Shown in pieces: positions 1 to 13,771 of a stretch of 64,000 bases of DNA. Below the pieces are notes generated by a model, which was not told the DNA's origin, did not search any database, and saw nothing but the letters and a program-made list of their open reading frames with translations. How positions within the stretch are numbered: position 1 is the stretch's first letter; each line of letters begins with the position of its first letter. The position numbers and the translations under genes are program-made. Source of the DNA: Phoronis australis (taxonomy: Eukaryota; Animalia; Phoronida); the NCBI GenBank assembly GCA_002633005.1, contig NMRA01000098.1:168384-232383 (forward strand). Direction: 5' to 3'.

Positions 1-3000
1 AGACCTACTTCTCCCCCCCCCCCTCAAAATGTGAACGTGCACTTCGGTGTTTTCTCAGAGCAAGCAAACATGGTTATAGTTTAATTCAGACTTTTGATTA
101 ACGACGGAGGGCTGTCTATAACTTACCGTCGGCTTCTACTGAATTTAAAAGGACGGAAACGCACATACGTGTACCCTAATGCATGTCAACCCACCAATCC
201 ACTCTCGAATTGGACACTATATGACGAAAAACATACTTGTATTTTACGAACATCTTCAATTCCAAATTTGTAAACACCTGCCTTTTACCGTACTGTGCTA
301 GCAAGCAATATCAGACAACAAACCTATTTTCTGCTGTTTTGCTTCATGGTCGATTTTAAGACATTCACACTGGAATGTGACTTTTTGGGAGCTATTTTGC
401 TGCTATATAGCTTCGCTAGGTATAGACATTTACTTCTAGACTCCCTTGTTTCCCTACAGTGTAACCACCACGTGTGTTCATTCCGATGAATAACATAAAG
501 TCTCCTCTAATCATCTGCACAATTCTGTTATCTACGCAAATACCACTCGGGAGAAGTGGGCCGGGTACCGCACGGCTCGACGATAAAGTGAAGCGCTTTG
601 AATCAGAAGCAAATTCAAAATTATTACTAACTTTGTTAACAATTGTAGTTAGTAGTACCAGTAGCTGCATCAATTTTGTTGTTGTCCATCTGTATCATCA
701 TATCTTTAACAGATAGGCGGGGGGGGGTTCGTTCGAGCCCCTCGAAACCCCCCCTGGCAACGGGCCTGAAAGCTATCTCCAAAGGGCTGGAGGGGAGGTA
801 CAGGCCCCCTAAAAATTTTCAGGCATCAGGGTTAAACCATGGCAACCAACAGGCATGGGGCTGGTGACAGCCAAGAAAAGAAAGACTGCGAAATACGGGA
901 GAGGAAATTCAAGAGAACGTTTAACAACTCTGCATCAGTGCATGGTTTACCTTTTGAGGATCCTGGCCAGGCCATTGTCATAAGGGTCTCTGCTTTTGTA
1001 GCACAGGTCCTCTAAACGCACTTGAAAACGCGCACGAAATAAATCATACATATATTTTGAAAAATCGAGAAAATTTGTAAAGCGAAGCTTTTGCGGAGCG
1101 TTCTAATTTACTGGATTTTTAAATTCAATAAGTCAATTTTGTGAATGCAAAACTAATTTTTCCAGATGCCCCCTCTCGGGCATGGGATAATGAAGACAAC
1201 TTTCGCTTTATTTTTTTCTAGAAACTATATATTACTTGAGAAAAATTAATGACCTGACAGATAACATCAATTGCTGCACATTTCCTGATATTTGAAAAAA
1301 AAAGATATTTTCATATTTAGGGGCCCTGCCCTTGAAGGAGGCTAATGGTGACATTCAAGTAGCCAACTTTTTGTTTTTATTGACAAATTTTCAAGGGGCC
1401 ACTCACAGAGAGGGCCCAATGTTGGAATTGTGAAATGGTGCAACCGGTTTTCATGTTGAAAGAGGTCACTCCGTGCATTTTTTGGGACCACACGACGGTG
1501 GAATGCACTGTCACTCTTTTTTTCCAAGCTTAATGATGTTAAGGTGTCCTATTTCAGACGGTACCCTCTCTCGGTAACGCAGTTCGAGGGAAATGTCTCT
1601 TTGTCCCTCTATACAAAAGTCATGTAAATCCGACACTGCCAAGTATTCGTGATGGAAGTTGAGATTCCAAATTCACCAAAAAACACAAAACATTCATGCA
1701 CAGCACAGCCATTCGACTCAAACAACCAAAAATGTGAAAAAATACAATAGGATAGACCGCCATCGAAAGGGTGGAATTTTGAAAAACGTGAAGACCACTA
1801 TTTGTGAATTACACAAAAGGACTATTTCCGATAGTTAGTTATAAAATAAAATTACTGTTTCCCGTAGTATCACAAGAATAGTTCTGTATCTCTTTTGAAG
1901 ATGGTTACTATGAGGAATTTCCACAGGTGGAAAATGCTGCTGTCTAAGCTACTATTTGTGATGACCGTGTATATATCGAAAGGGGGTTCTCAAAGAACTT
2001 TCGCAATCATAAACAAAAATTTCAGCATTTTTTGTCACTGGAGTTCCGAGTTTACCTCGTGAACCATTATAGCTACCTCTGAAATGAGACAACATACACC
2101 TTAATACGAATGCCTCATCTTCCATACCCCCCCTGGAAATTGCTTATAACATTCCGTTTTGATAAACAAATTCGTTGGTTTCTGATTTACTGGTTTATGT
2201 ATCTACGAAAACCAATAGATTGATAGATGATTTTTGACAATTAGAAGCTAACCTTGTAAGAATTGATGATGTTTCGGTGAATTTAACTGCTGCGTGAACT
2301 TGGAAAAACTATATCGGATTCCCAAATAGTAACGTACACTAATTATAGACGATTTTTGCACATCTAAAATAACTCAAAGACATTGATGAAATTCGGACTC
2401 ACAAAGAGTAGATAGAACGTGTAATTTTAAAATCCTTAAATACATAAAATTATACTCATTGCTTGGAAAGGTTTGCACTTCCTTGGTGCTTTTAGATTCC
2501 AGTAGCATTGAGCAATGAATTTTTGTTCTTCAAAACTGTATCGATTGCTTTTCCTGATTTACGAGCACGTCATGACTGACGTACCCACATTAAAAATAAG
2601 ATGTAACCATGCAGTAGGCCCATGCAAATCTCAGTGATCCACGGGAACTGAATTTGGAATCCAGGCGTTCAGGAAGTGTGTACATTTTGGAACACACTAT
2701 CCTTTTCCCCAGCCACCAGACACCGGTCGTGTTTCAACAAGGCATTTTGAAACAGCCCCGAAGACATTATATCAGGCGCTTCGTGACCTCACCTTTTCAA
2801 ACAAAAACTTCTCCAAAGGATGACCATAATAAAATAACGTTTTCCCCAAACTAGATCACAATAAAATGAATCTTGACCTTAGAGCCAGTGAAGACGTCCG
2901 GTATGAGCTGCCTGTCTCAAGTGAATCATAGTTGCCGGAGCTGACCAGCAACTAGCTTTAGTTCATCGGGAATTTCGTTTTTTCACACTGTTAGATCTCA

Positions 3001-3122
3001 GCTATAGCTACTTGAGGCAGCTCCTCGCTACCGGTCAGTGTATTGGTCCTAGACCCATTCTTGCTCGCCGTGTTGGTTCACGGAGTACTCAACTCTTGAT
3101 GGCTTCATCCCCGGGATTGTAA

Positions 3123-3257
3123 CAGGGGCGGATCCAGGATTTTGAGTGGGGGGCAGGATTTTACCTGTTAGAAATTTGCTCCCCCGAACTGCCAAATGGA
3201 ATCTGTGAGAATTTTAGAAGGGCCATGGCCCCTTGGCCACCCCTAAAACTGCCACTG
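3123..3257. mobile_element. short MITE with CAG(G/T)GGC(G/A)G termini
   Basis: Starts caggggcggatccagg and ends ggccatggccccttggccacccctaaaactgccactg; the same family occurs at 13336-13593. Confidence 0.55.
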
Positions 3258-3585
3258 TGCCCCCCCCCCTACCTAGTGCGGACATGGGAGATTCGGTACA
3301 AATATGGCGGCACTGGGAGCACGGGAGCGAGGGGTGGCGGAGGTGGTGGCGATGAGTGGGGGTTTGTTTGGCAAAGTCGAAATAGTTTGTGCCCCCCAAT
3401 AATTTTTGCCTTCCTACAGGCCTGCTCCAATGTATCATGCTAGCAACTACTGGTCGTAGAATGCACAGATTTACACAAACTACTCGTCTCGATAATGAAC
3501 CATTGCAGTCAGGTTTCGTTTTTATGAGTTTTTATCATTCATCAGATTTCAACGGTAGACTGCAACTCAAGCAAAGCAGTTCACG

Positions 3586-3815
3586 AGGTTGGACCACATG
3601 AGTAGACCAAGCTAACCTGGTCTGGTGGCTTATTTAGTCTGTGAGGTTGGACCCGTTTTCAGACCAAGTTAACCCGGTCTGGTAGCTTAATTGGTCTAAG
3701 AGGTTGGACCATGTGAGCAGGCCAAGATAACCCGGTTTGGTGGCTAACTTGGTCTACTAGGTTGAACCATGTGAGCAGACCAAGTTGACCCTGTCTGGTG
3801 GCTTACTTGGTATAC
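3586..3815. repeat. minisatellite, ~57-58 bp unit x4
   Basis: Four diverged copies of gaggttggacca..gagcagaccaagttaacccggtctggtggctta.ttggtct, ending ~30 bp from the DUF229 exon donor. Confidence 0.85.
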
Positions 3816-3845
3816 AACACCTTTACCCGGGTATAATAAAAATAC

Positions 3846-4686
3846 CTGTTAACAATGGCACCACTGTGGCTGCCGTGCCATCTCCCAGTATGTTATAGCC
3901 ATTCATGATCACGGCTCCTAGAGTAGTCTTTAGGTAGTTATAGGTTAACGGCAGGTTCCTCTGGTAACTCAGATGAGACATAGAGTCAAGCCCCAAGATG
4001 AGTACACTCATGTTGAGACATTCGGCGGATGAAAAACTGTCCTCCAGCCCTTCCAACGTTTCTTTCGAAGGTGAGATTTGAGCAAAAAGTTGGTCGAAAT
4101 CAGCATCTGCATTCCCATCGTAATCATTGCCTTTACCTTTTTTACCACCGGCAAGAAAGCATTTGACACGGAAAAAGTCATGATTGACTGTTTTGCCAAA
4201 CTTAGCAGGATCTTTTTCTATGGCTGCTTCATTGTATTGAAAGTGATCGTCAGTTATGCGATCGATAGCACGGTATTCACATCTAGACAGCTTATGAACA
4301 TCAAAGACATCTCTATCGAAAAGTACAACTCTTTCAGCCACCGTCATCAACTCCCGTTTGTTTCCACAGGACAAGGTTGGCGCTTTGTCACTGGGCACTC
4401 TAGATTGCGTAATGCTACTGGATTTTGGCTGCTTACAAATGAGAACCTCTTGCTGGTGATTAAACAATTGTTCCCATTTGTTTGGATGATCCTTTGATCT
4501 GCGAATTCCATCGTGTGAGTCTCGTAACTTCAATTCCTCCTGCGCACCAGTGTCTGAATCATTCGACACGGTGCTGCTTCCAAACCCCGAGAAATGAACC
4601 AGCAGTAGAAGCAGGAATGCAACACAGAGGAACAACACAAACACAGTACTGAGTCTAGAATGACACCAACGACCTTTGGGAACCAT
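3846..4686 (-). CDS. DUF229-family (alkaline phosphatase/sulfatase-like superfamily) type II membrane protein, first coding exon; gene continues toward lower coordinates
   Basis: ORF 3823..4719 has an N-terminal TM helix (LSTVFVLFLCVAFLLLLLVHF), C-x-YRAI and HDFFRVKC segments and the motif SVLILGLDSMSHLSYQRNLPLTYNYL...GYNILGDGT...PLLTG typical of DUF229 proteins. Acceptor ttgtAG at 4708-4707, ATG at 4686, donor GT at 3845-3844 (phase 1). Family assignment is from motif recognition. Confidence 0.8.
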
Positions 4687-5049
4687 ACTCGACAGAATGG
4701 AATAACCTACAATAAACACAAAGCAAAGATATTAAAGTGCATTGACATGAGATACAGTACAAGACAAAAGTGTTCATACAAAATGATCCAGAATCCTCTA
4801 TCACGACAACTGGGCAGAAGCCAAATTCATTGTCAGAGTGGTCTCCCCTGATAACCGAGAGTGAAGGGGAATTAACAGGGAAGTTAGTAAGGTGGCTAAG
4901 CCAATCTGTAAGTAGAGTTTTGATACCTGCCCTTCTAACAGTTTATTTCCAGTATTTTTTGCTGCTAACAGATTTTACCGTCATGAAAGGAAAGCATTAG
5001 ATTACTTCCGTCTCGTACTGTATTTCAGGTGAAGAATGAGGGATATTCA

Positions 5050-5700
5050 TGCAGGCTGTCTCATCAAACAACATCAGACTTAACAAAGTAATCCTGCTCT
5101 TAGGGGAGAACTGACACTCGGCACTCCTACGATTAATGGCAGAGAAGAACCCAAGAAAGTTTCTATGGACTTAATTTGGATAATAAATAATATGCGAATA
5201 AAACAACAAAAATGGATCACTGAAATTTTCAGATATAATAACATCCTTTGTTAACAGAAATAGAAATAAAGTAAAATCAAACACGATATGACAAATGACA
5301 TCTGATATTTGGCGTAATGAACATGATGAATTGTTGCGAAAAAAGTAAATTAAGGATATGATTTAAGAAGTCTTTATGTTTAATCTATTGGGTTCAAGTG
5401 TGTTAAGCTTATCTATCCAAAATTGTTCTCTTTTGTGTCTGTGAGGGGTACTGGGATATTAGAGTTTCTCTATTATTTGTACACTGCAGAAAGAACTTGA
5501 AGATTATGTTTTTTTGGAATTGAAATGATTACCTATAGTATCAAAAATGTTTCAGATTTATTTTCTACGACAATTTTTTAAAATATGATAACTTTGTCAT
5601 ACAAACATATTTTGGTGTTATTCAATTCAAACTACCATGCCTGACTTCAAAAATGCAAGAATCTATCTCTATCACCACACTATACCCTTTAAGCCCATTC
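5050..5700 (-). mobile_element. highly decayed LINE ORF2 3' remnant (L1/Tx1-like)
   Basis: Minus-strand traces resemble the ..RITLL.. and SFC..ETL zinc-knuckle-like segments of L1/Tx1 ORF2; no intact ORF. Confidence 0.3.
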
Positions 5701-6982
5701 TCCATTAGGTACTCTTATTACTTTTCTGACCACTAAATGGATAAAATTCGGATGGGTGGATCCCGCATTCTGAGAACCAGCTTTCTCTACTAAATAACAA
5801 TCAATCAAACTTGTTCTCAAAACGTGGGACTCACCAATCTGGCTGTTGCTGGTAAATGACTACCAGAATTACTAATGGCCGGTCATAAGACCCTTGAGCA
5901 TGTGCCAGCAGTTTAAGGTTGGGTCTCAAAATCCTACAATGACCATTGTTGTCTTTCCTTCTATCGATTATTCAACCAACTCGTGTACCTACTTACTAGG
6001 AGAAATCTTCCCAATTGCTCTACACTCCATAGTTGTAGGACTAAACCCTAGCTGGTGGGCATGACCCTCGGATTTTGAATGCTGAGCCCAGAGTAGTGCA
6101 CCAGTTCATCAATGAATGATTGTTAACTTAATTAAATAAGTTCAAAATTAAGGAAAATCATTTTCTTGTTTATTAGGACTGAAGGATATACCCAAGCTCT
6201 TGATTGGTTTGCCACCACTTGAAGCCTTAAAGTGGGTCGGGACACTCTTTTTGTCGACCTATGTATAACCTTTCACACTTTTTGACATTTAGCAGTAGTA
6301 TAGGCCAGACAATAACTCAAAATGTATAAAAAATTTAAACAATTTGTGCCAGAATTCTTATCTTGAAGAAATAAGGTATCATCTGCATAGTAGAGACTCT
6401 TTAATTCATTTTTTTCAACACGCATGTCTTTATTAAATTGCTATTTCGAATATAATTGGCCAGAACTTCAACAGCTAGGCAAAATAATGAACCTGACAAG
6501 GAATCACCCAGTCTAACGTCCCATTCTGTTGGAAAATAATTTGTAGTGAAACCATTACTGACAAAACTGTTTGGGTTTAGTTATCAGTACCCATCGTGTA
6601 AAAACTTGTCCAAGACTTAAAGCATAAATTTTATTAATGTTTGAAAACAAAGTCCAACTTCATTGTATCATATGCTTCGAAAAAGTCCAAAAATAGAAAC
6701 CAACCCTCACCATGAGTAAAATTTGTATATTTAATAATATCCTGTTTTCCCATGATGTTATTTAGAGGGGCTGTGAGAACTTTTGTAGTAGTTCATAACC
6801 AATGTTTTGTAATATTGGTCGCCAGTTACATGTATCTAGAGACTGTTGCTTGGCATCATCTTCAGACTTCAGTAGAGGCGTTATGGCTCCTTGTCTCTGT
6901 GGCGTAAATAATTCCCCTACTAAAAATATTCAAATACTTCATGTACAGGCTTTTACTTCATGCCAGAAACATTTATGACAAA

Positions 6983-9900
6983 TAGCCACCCGACCCACAA
7001 ATTGCAACAAAAGGTTTTACAAGGGGGTTTTGTGTTCTACTGCGTATACTTATTAACAGGAAAAATGTCTACCAAAATCTGACCACCGGAAATGGGTTAA
7101 AACTGTGTCATTTCCAAGATGGCCGACATGACGTTTCGAAATCACCAAAAATAGATATTATTTCTTCAATAATTGAGATAGAGACATAATTTTTGGTTCT
7201 AGTCTATGGTTTTACGAGGAGAGCAACTCGCTGGTGTGGTTAAAATTAAGATATGATCAGTATTCGATATGAAATTAAAGATGGCGGCTAAAATTCAAGA
7301 ACAAAAAATCACCGATTTGTCCATTATATCAGGTGGTCAAAGAAACATTTCGAACTTTAACCTTTATTTTTTCTAAAAACATTCATTGAAATTGCACAAA
7401 ATTTTGCACATGTGCATATCAATCTATTGTCAGTACAACATAAAAAATATAATGATACACTGTGTTTTCGTTCCAAGACAGAAAAGATACTTTTATAACC
7501 CAAAAAAGTCAATGCCAACATAGCCTACAAGATTATACAAAGCGTTATTATCAAGAATGGTGATACTTAGCAATAAATTTATTCAGAAGTACATTTTCAA
7601 GGGTTTTGTTATAGTCAGTTGGGTGTTACATTTTGAAAAGTCATGGTGTTTTCAAGTCCTGAGAATGAGCTAACTGGGATTAATTACAACATGTTTTACA
7701 CAAAGTCCTAACTGCAATCTAATGAAGTACAGTGTTTGGAATGCACTGACAGAGAATTTGTACCAAGGTATAGGTTGTATTATGCTCAATAACTTAAGCC
7801 TGCAAAAATTCCCCTTTACTAAAAGGCATCTGTCAGTATCAAAATGACTGAACAACAGGTGCAAACAAAGTATCGTCGACATGACGCATGAACGAGTAGA
7901 TTACATTTTCATCAAACAATGTTATGTTCATTACACGTATGCATTCTGCCTCAGGTCAACCCTCATCACTGTCTTCACGTTCCTCAGAAATTTGATATAT
8001 TAGTGGATTGTCACAATATGTCGTTAGGCACAATCTACATATAGATGTACATGCAAGCCCATTCTTTCTGCAACTGCACCGGGGGGTGCTACCAGCTGTA
8101 GTACAGTTGCAGTGTATCATCTAGAAGAGTGTCTGGTGCAGCATACACGGCAGTTATGATGTGTACAAATTGATTGTCTTCAAGTCCCCAGCCCCAGTCT
8201 AAAGTATACCTGTCATTTGCCATATCCATCCAAACCATGACCTGGTACTACACTCGAGACCATGAAACCTGTTGGCTGATTCCGTTGGTGGAAGACGTTT
8301 GGGAGAAGCGAAAGACTTAGCAGCAGCAAGCTTCTTTGTGAATACATTGTAATGCACAGCAAACCAGAGAACACGTGCTCTCTCCACCAAGCATTGCCAC
8401 CATCGCTTGGCTGACAAGTTTCTCTCAGTGGGGCTCACACCTTTCGTGGTGAATGTGTCTGTGCATGACTGGAGGACTTGGTCATCTTTCACGAGTTTCT
8501 GAGAAACTGAAGTCTTTCCAACGCCATATACAGGAGATGTTGCATTGCATCCTGTGAAGGAGGGCAGGAATAGTAGATGGGTACACAATTTAATCCTGAG
8601 CACACACATCATCCAATTTATGTCGTATACTTTAAGATTGGTTCTTGACTGATAGCCAGATCTGAGAAATAGTGATTTCCCGTCAGCCATACAGTAAAAG
8701 AGCATAAGCATAAACAAGTCAGTGTAATTGCCCATTACTGTGGTGGAATGCATATTATACTCTTTACTGCTGTCTTTGCAATGACCACATCAGCGTCCCC
8801 TTCTGCCTGAACGGCTGGTCACTTATTAAGGCGATCAGTTGTTGCTTGTTACTGCCACTGGATAGGAATTCATCTCTCTTAACCATCAAAGTCCGTTTCT
8901 CTGGCGAAGTTCACAGTCGGATAGATGCTGGTCTGTCTCCATCTCTGTGTTATCCTTTACCAAAGGACCTGCACCATAACCATCAAAGACAACAGTGGGT
9001 GCCTCAGAGAGCTTTGCCATGAAGTCAGCGTATGCTCCGACAATTTTTCCATAGGTAAATCTCTTTTTCCATTTGAGCTTGTACAGAAAAGATCCCCCAT
9101 CAAACGCATACCTTTCAGTCTGGAGACGTACTGAAGGTGTGGAGTTTGGTGCTCCTTCAAAAGCATGGGCCTTGGAACAGCGGTCATGAACGGCTTGAGC
9201 CAGTTGAGGTCTGTCAGCCTTCTTCAAGATCAGGTTGTCCTCATAGAGAGACTATGGGTGTGGACTGAGCTCGAAACTCACAACTGCCTCAAGTGACAAG
9301 TCGTCTTACCGGAATACCACCTGGGATGGCTGGAAAAGTAAGCAAGGATCGATGGTTCCATCAGGACTAACCTGGACTGCAGCTGCATTTCCCAGGGTCT
9401 GAGCATTCTCTCTCCTCTTAAAAGAGAAAGAAAACACAGGTTGTTGAACAATCTCTCAATGATTTTGTTCCCAACAGATTGACATCAATGCACGTTGACA
9501 TTTGCGTTGGCGATAACACCATTGATGATATTGTGTAGCGCAGGGTCTGAGGAGAAGGGTGAAAATGCGGTCAGCTTTGTGCTTATCTTTGCAAAGTCGC
9601 ATGCATCTCTTTCAATTCTGGTAGAAGTTGCCTGTTTGTGTTGTTCGCTTGTTGTGTACGTGAGGTCATTGGAGTCCTGCAAGGTGATGTTCACCTCTGA
9701 CATTACAGTGACCAACATTGTCCACAACGCTTGCTAATCCTCTGTCATCTTACTGCCATGAGTCAAGCCGCCTGTGCCTTTTAGCGATCGCATTTAGTAA
9801 TTTTTCTCAATGGCCAGATCACAGCTGAGGCCTGCGCAAAACTGGTTTGTTCGCCGAATCATACAAAAGCCATTTTTGAAACTTCGCATACACATCTGGG

Positions 9901-10723
9901 TGTTTGCTCTCCATATCAGCCATTTCTTGTATGTAGAGGTAAGCAGATTTCAGGTAGTTGTGGTGTCCAGCTGCAGCAAATATTGGCACGGCATTACCAA
10001 CAGCTGGCAAGTGATCATCCAAGACCGAGTGCGATCTGCCTTGATCGTTGCCCGCTGGAACATTTTCAGACCAGCCACAGACTTCAGCTCAAGATTGTCG
10101 ATGATCTGCTCAATTGCAGCTGATTGTGGGGCACTTCAGACAGGTTTTGACATTTTGCCTTGGGCTTCTAGTTTCCTTGTGTGTTTTTAAACAAAAACCT
10201 GTGGCAAGCAAATACACAATAAACAATTTTTTGTTACTTTTATGCAAGCCAATGCTTTGAATTAAACATTAAATATTAATGCGATATTCATATTTTAAAG
10301 TAGTTCAGTCAGAAATCAGTCAAATCTAAATGTTTTAAGATCTTTCAATCAGAAACCAGTCATATCTAATCATACTTGTGTTATAATTGATGAAGTGAAA
10401 ATCAGTGATTTCTGTTCTTGAATTTTAGCCGCCATCTTGAATTTCATATCATATACTAATCATATCTTAGTTTTAACCAAACCAGCTAGTTGCTCACCCC
10501 TTAAAACCATAGACTAGAACCACAAATTATGTCTCTGTCTCAATTATTGAAGAAGTTATATGTATTTTTGGTGATTTTGAAACGTCGTGGCGGCCATCTT
10601 GGAAATGACGCAGTTTTAATCCATTTCCGGTGGTCAGACATTTTTTCTGTTAATAAGGATACATACTAGTGCATAAAACCACTGTAAAACCTTTTGTTGC
10701 AATTTGTTGTGGGTCAGGTGGTA
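6983..10723 (-). mobile_element. Academ-superfamily DNA transposon (AcademX-like), internally deleted and pseudogenised
   Basis: Long TIRs of ~330 bp (6983-7318 vs 10398-10723) beginning TAGCCACCCGACCC. Internal minus-strand fragments carry XPG/PIN-like motifs and a C-terminal Cys-rich finger, which is the Academ architecture. Confidence 0.8.
8005..10060 (-). pseudogene. frameshifted Academ transposase (XPG-like nuclease plus Cys8 zinc finger)
   Basis: Collinear fragments in different frames: FAAAGHHNYLKSAYLYIQEM; AFDGGSFLY..W...TVVFDGY; FTGCNATS..YGVGK; LPPTESA..FH; and at 8005-8120 MIHCNCTTAGSTPRCSCRKNGLACTSICRLCLTTYCDNP. Confidence 0.8.
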
Positions 10724-10740
10724 TATTGACTCGTTAACTA

Positions 10741-10971
10741 CCGTAAATTCCTAAGTTACTGCTAGTGGCTTATTAAGTTTTTATAACAGTTATCAGAACT
10801 GAAATTAACGACAATGAGTGCTCAGGTATGCAGGTCATATGGATTAATAATATAGGGGAAGTGTCACGCAAAACTATTACGCACCAGTCCGCACTTATAC
10901 TTGTCATCAATTTTGGTTCTGGTAACTATTGAAAAAACCATAAATCACTGGCATTAATTCGGGAACTTTGG
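10741..10971. mobile_element. Tc1/mariner-pogo-type MITE
   Basis: ta|CCGTAAATTCCTAAGTTA ... TAATTCGGGAACTTTGG|ta, imperfect TIR with TA flanks. Confidence 0.45.
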
Positions 10972-12194
10972 TAGCTTCAGTTTGGCGTAGGCATCAGTTG
11001 AACTCGCCAACCTGTGCCAAATTGAGGTGCTGCAAATTTGTTTGACACAGGCATCAGTTTGGGCTGCAACAAACCCACAGTTGTAGGACTCCCATAGCTG
11101 GTGGAAGATCCTCAGATTTTGAAGCCCAAAACATCAGCAATGCTGAGCCCAGTATAGTGCACTGGATCATCAATGAATGATTGCTTTTTTATATTTAATA
11201 TTGATATGAAAAACAAGAGCCCAGGTTCCTATGGTTTTCATTGGAATTTCTGATTTTTTTGGGCTGACATTGGGCATTATGTTGTTCGCGCACATAATTC
11301 TGATTTTGCTATTGGTCAGTTATCGTCAGAAAGATAGAGTGATTACCTGCATCCCTAAGGTATTTGAAAAACTGGAGACCCATATCCTTACTCCATGTGA
11401 CATATGGCTTATTCGGCTATGGCTGAATGGTTAAAATCCGTTTTGGGAAAACTAATCAGTAAGGACTAGACAGGTTTTGTTTCTGGAAGAAATATGAACG
11501 AAAATGTGCGCGTGCTATGTGATTTAATGTTTTATGCCCAGTCAGCTAACAAACCAGGATTCTCTTACTGATCGATTTTGAGAAAGCATTTGATTCATTG
11601 TCGTGGACTTTTATACAAAAATCTATCTTTCCTTAATTTTGGTTGGTCGATCAGAAGGTGGATAAAAGTCTTTCATAGTAATATTAAGTCATGTGTTGTC
11701 ATAAACGGTCACCCATCGTCCTGGTTCAATATTTCGCCTGGCTGCAGAGGTGACCCCTTGTCTCCCTACATTTTTATATTGTGCGAGCAGATTTTGGCAT
11801 ATTTAATCAAGAATAACAAAAATATTGCAGCTGTAGTTCCAGGAAATAAAGAATATTTAATTTCACAACATGTGGGCGACATGTTGATTACTTTGGATGG
11901 GTCGAATTTGTCATTGAGTAGCACACTGAATGTACCACATTTGTTTGCTGGTGTCTCCGGTCTCCAAGTGAATGTGAATAAAGCAAAAGCCATATGGTTC
12001 GGAAGTAAAACTAGTAGAGATGACGTGATTCCTACAAAAGAAAGCCTATTTGGTGGATTTTGACACGCAGTTGGATAGTATGACACATAAGAACTTCACT
12101 GCAAGAATGACTGAGATCAAGTCTCAATATTAAAAAGTTGGCATCAACGAAATTTAACCCTGTTTGGTAGAGTAACTGTAATTAAAACGTTAGC

Positions 12195-13771
12195 CAGGGC
12201 TCAACACTAACGGTTGCCCGATTGCCCGTGTACATGTAGATTTTGCGTCAGGCAAGTGCAATTTGAAAAGTACTTGCCTGATGGGTAAGTTAAAAAGCTA
12301 GCCGCATAGGCAAGCAGATCCTAAGATTGTCTGCTTGACATTTGCTCCGAAGTAACAAACCCCGACACAAGCCTAAAAACCATCGAAAAAGCCCGTGTGG
12401 CCGTCAAAGAAACTCCCGTCTTCGAATGAGCACCGAAAGGAAAATAGAACGAGTGTGATGCAGCATGCACAGATGACACCCGCGGTCAAACCCTTTCGAT
12501 TCTCTGAACGAGCCCTGCAGTTTCTGAATAAGTTGTCACGTGATACTACTGATCGTCTGCACTCTGGCAAAACGTCCAAACAAGGAAGCCTTCCAGATGC
12601 TAAAATACGAGTTCAGGAAGAATCAAAGCAACAATATGAAACGAAGAGTGCGGGGATGGTTTCCGTCATGGGAAGTTAGGTTTCCTGGCCTACGAGACAG
12701 TGAACAAGGGATGACGTGTGATTTTTGCCGGCGTTTACCCATGTACCGAGCTGGAAGCACCGTGTTCGTCGGTGGATGTAAGTCGTACAGATAAGCGCAA
12801 AAGCTAAAAAGTGAATGACTGACCACATATTTTCTACACTACACAGCAGTTTTAAAGGCCTGGTATTTATTCCGGGGGGAATTCCAAAGGACATTCTTAT
12901 GAATTCCCGGCTCCCGCTGGCGACTCCCGAAAGAAGAGGAATACGGTCTTCAGGATTGTCGCTCTGAAGGGTGACTTTTTCACGGCCTATCTATTTTTCA
13001 AAAATGTAATTATTTATTGAAAATAAAAGTATATGTGGTATTGTTATATGTTAAAATTTGATTTTAATTTAATACAAGGTACCGATGACCAAAACTGTGC
13101 AAGATTTTTACGGATAGCAAAAATTCAGATTCAGGTTAAGCAAAGTTTAATGCATGAGGGCGTATAAACTAATGAATACACAGAAGTGTCTAGAGTTCAT
13201 GTTCTAGCTCATTTCGGCGCCTGTGAACGTGAGACAATGGTTCAGATACCATAGTTACACTTCTAATTTGTCTCTCTAATATTTTGACACACCTTATAAA
13301 TAAATGTTCTAAAAGAATCGTTAAAAAATAGCAACCAGGGGCGGATCCAGGGCACGGAATAACCAGAATTTCGGCAGATGCGCGCGCCCAGGCTAAATTG
13401 TGGGGACGCAGAGGCCTCGAATGAGGACCTGTTGACTAAGAAAAAAAGGTAAACGGGGTTTGTTCACTGTTCAGGGCCTAGGCGTTGTACCCGCGATGAG
13501 CCCCTGCTTGCGCGCACCCGAACTCCCAAATGGCATCTGGTAGAATTTCAGGGGGAGCCATGGCCCCCTTGGCCCCCCCTAAATCCGCCACTGGCAATTC
13601 AAGTATATAGCATGCACGACAAAAGAGGAGGCTCAGCACAGGCAGCCCTACAGTAACACATTACCTAGGTGTGCACATGCACGGTGCTATTTGGGATTGT
13701 ACTTGGGGCAAGTGAATTTGTTGTTCAAGCAAGTAAAAATTTCAACTACTTAATGTTAATGTTGAGCCCTG
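12195..13771 (+). mobile_element. non-autonomous hAT-like element with 5-bp TSD (hAT5-like) carrying a TTF-type zinc finger remnant
   Basis: TIRs CAGGGCTCAACA(C/T)TAAC at both ends; TSD TTAGC at 12190-12194 and 13772-13776. Internal ORF 12540-12794 contains WFPSWEVRFPGL..SEQGMTCDFCR....FVGGCKSYR, resembling the TTF zinc finger of hAT transposases. Confidence 0.8.
13336..13593. mobile_element. MITE nested in the hAT-like element
   Basis: TIRs CAGGGGCGGAT / ATCCGCCACTG; flanks gcaac / gcaat (near-perfect 5-bp TSD). Confidence 0.7.

Noticed and set aside
2990-3045. Minus-strand peptide LTGSEELPQVAIAEI resembling the expected next DUF229 segment
   Set aside because: No suitable phase-1 acceptor and a stop follows immediately; probably coincidental.
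4078-4497. 139-aa plus-strand ORF
   Set aside because: Antisense shadow of the DUF229 exon.
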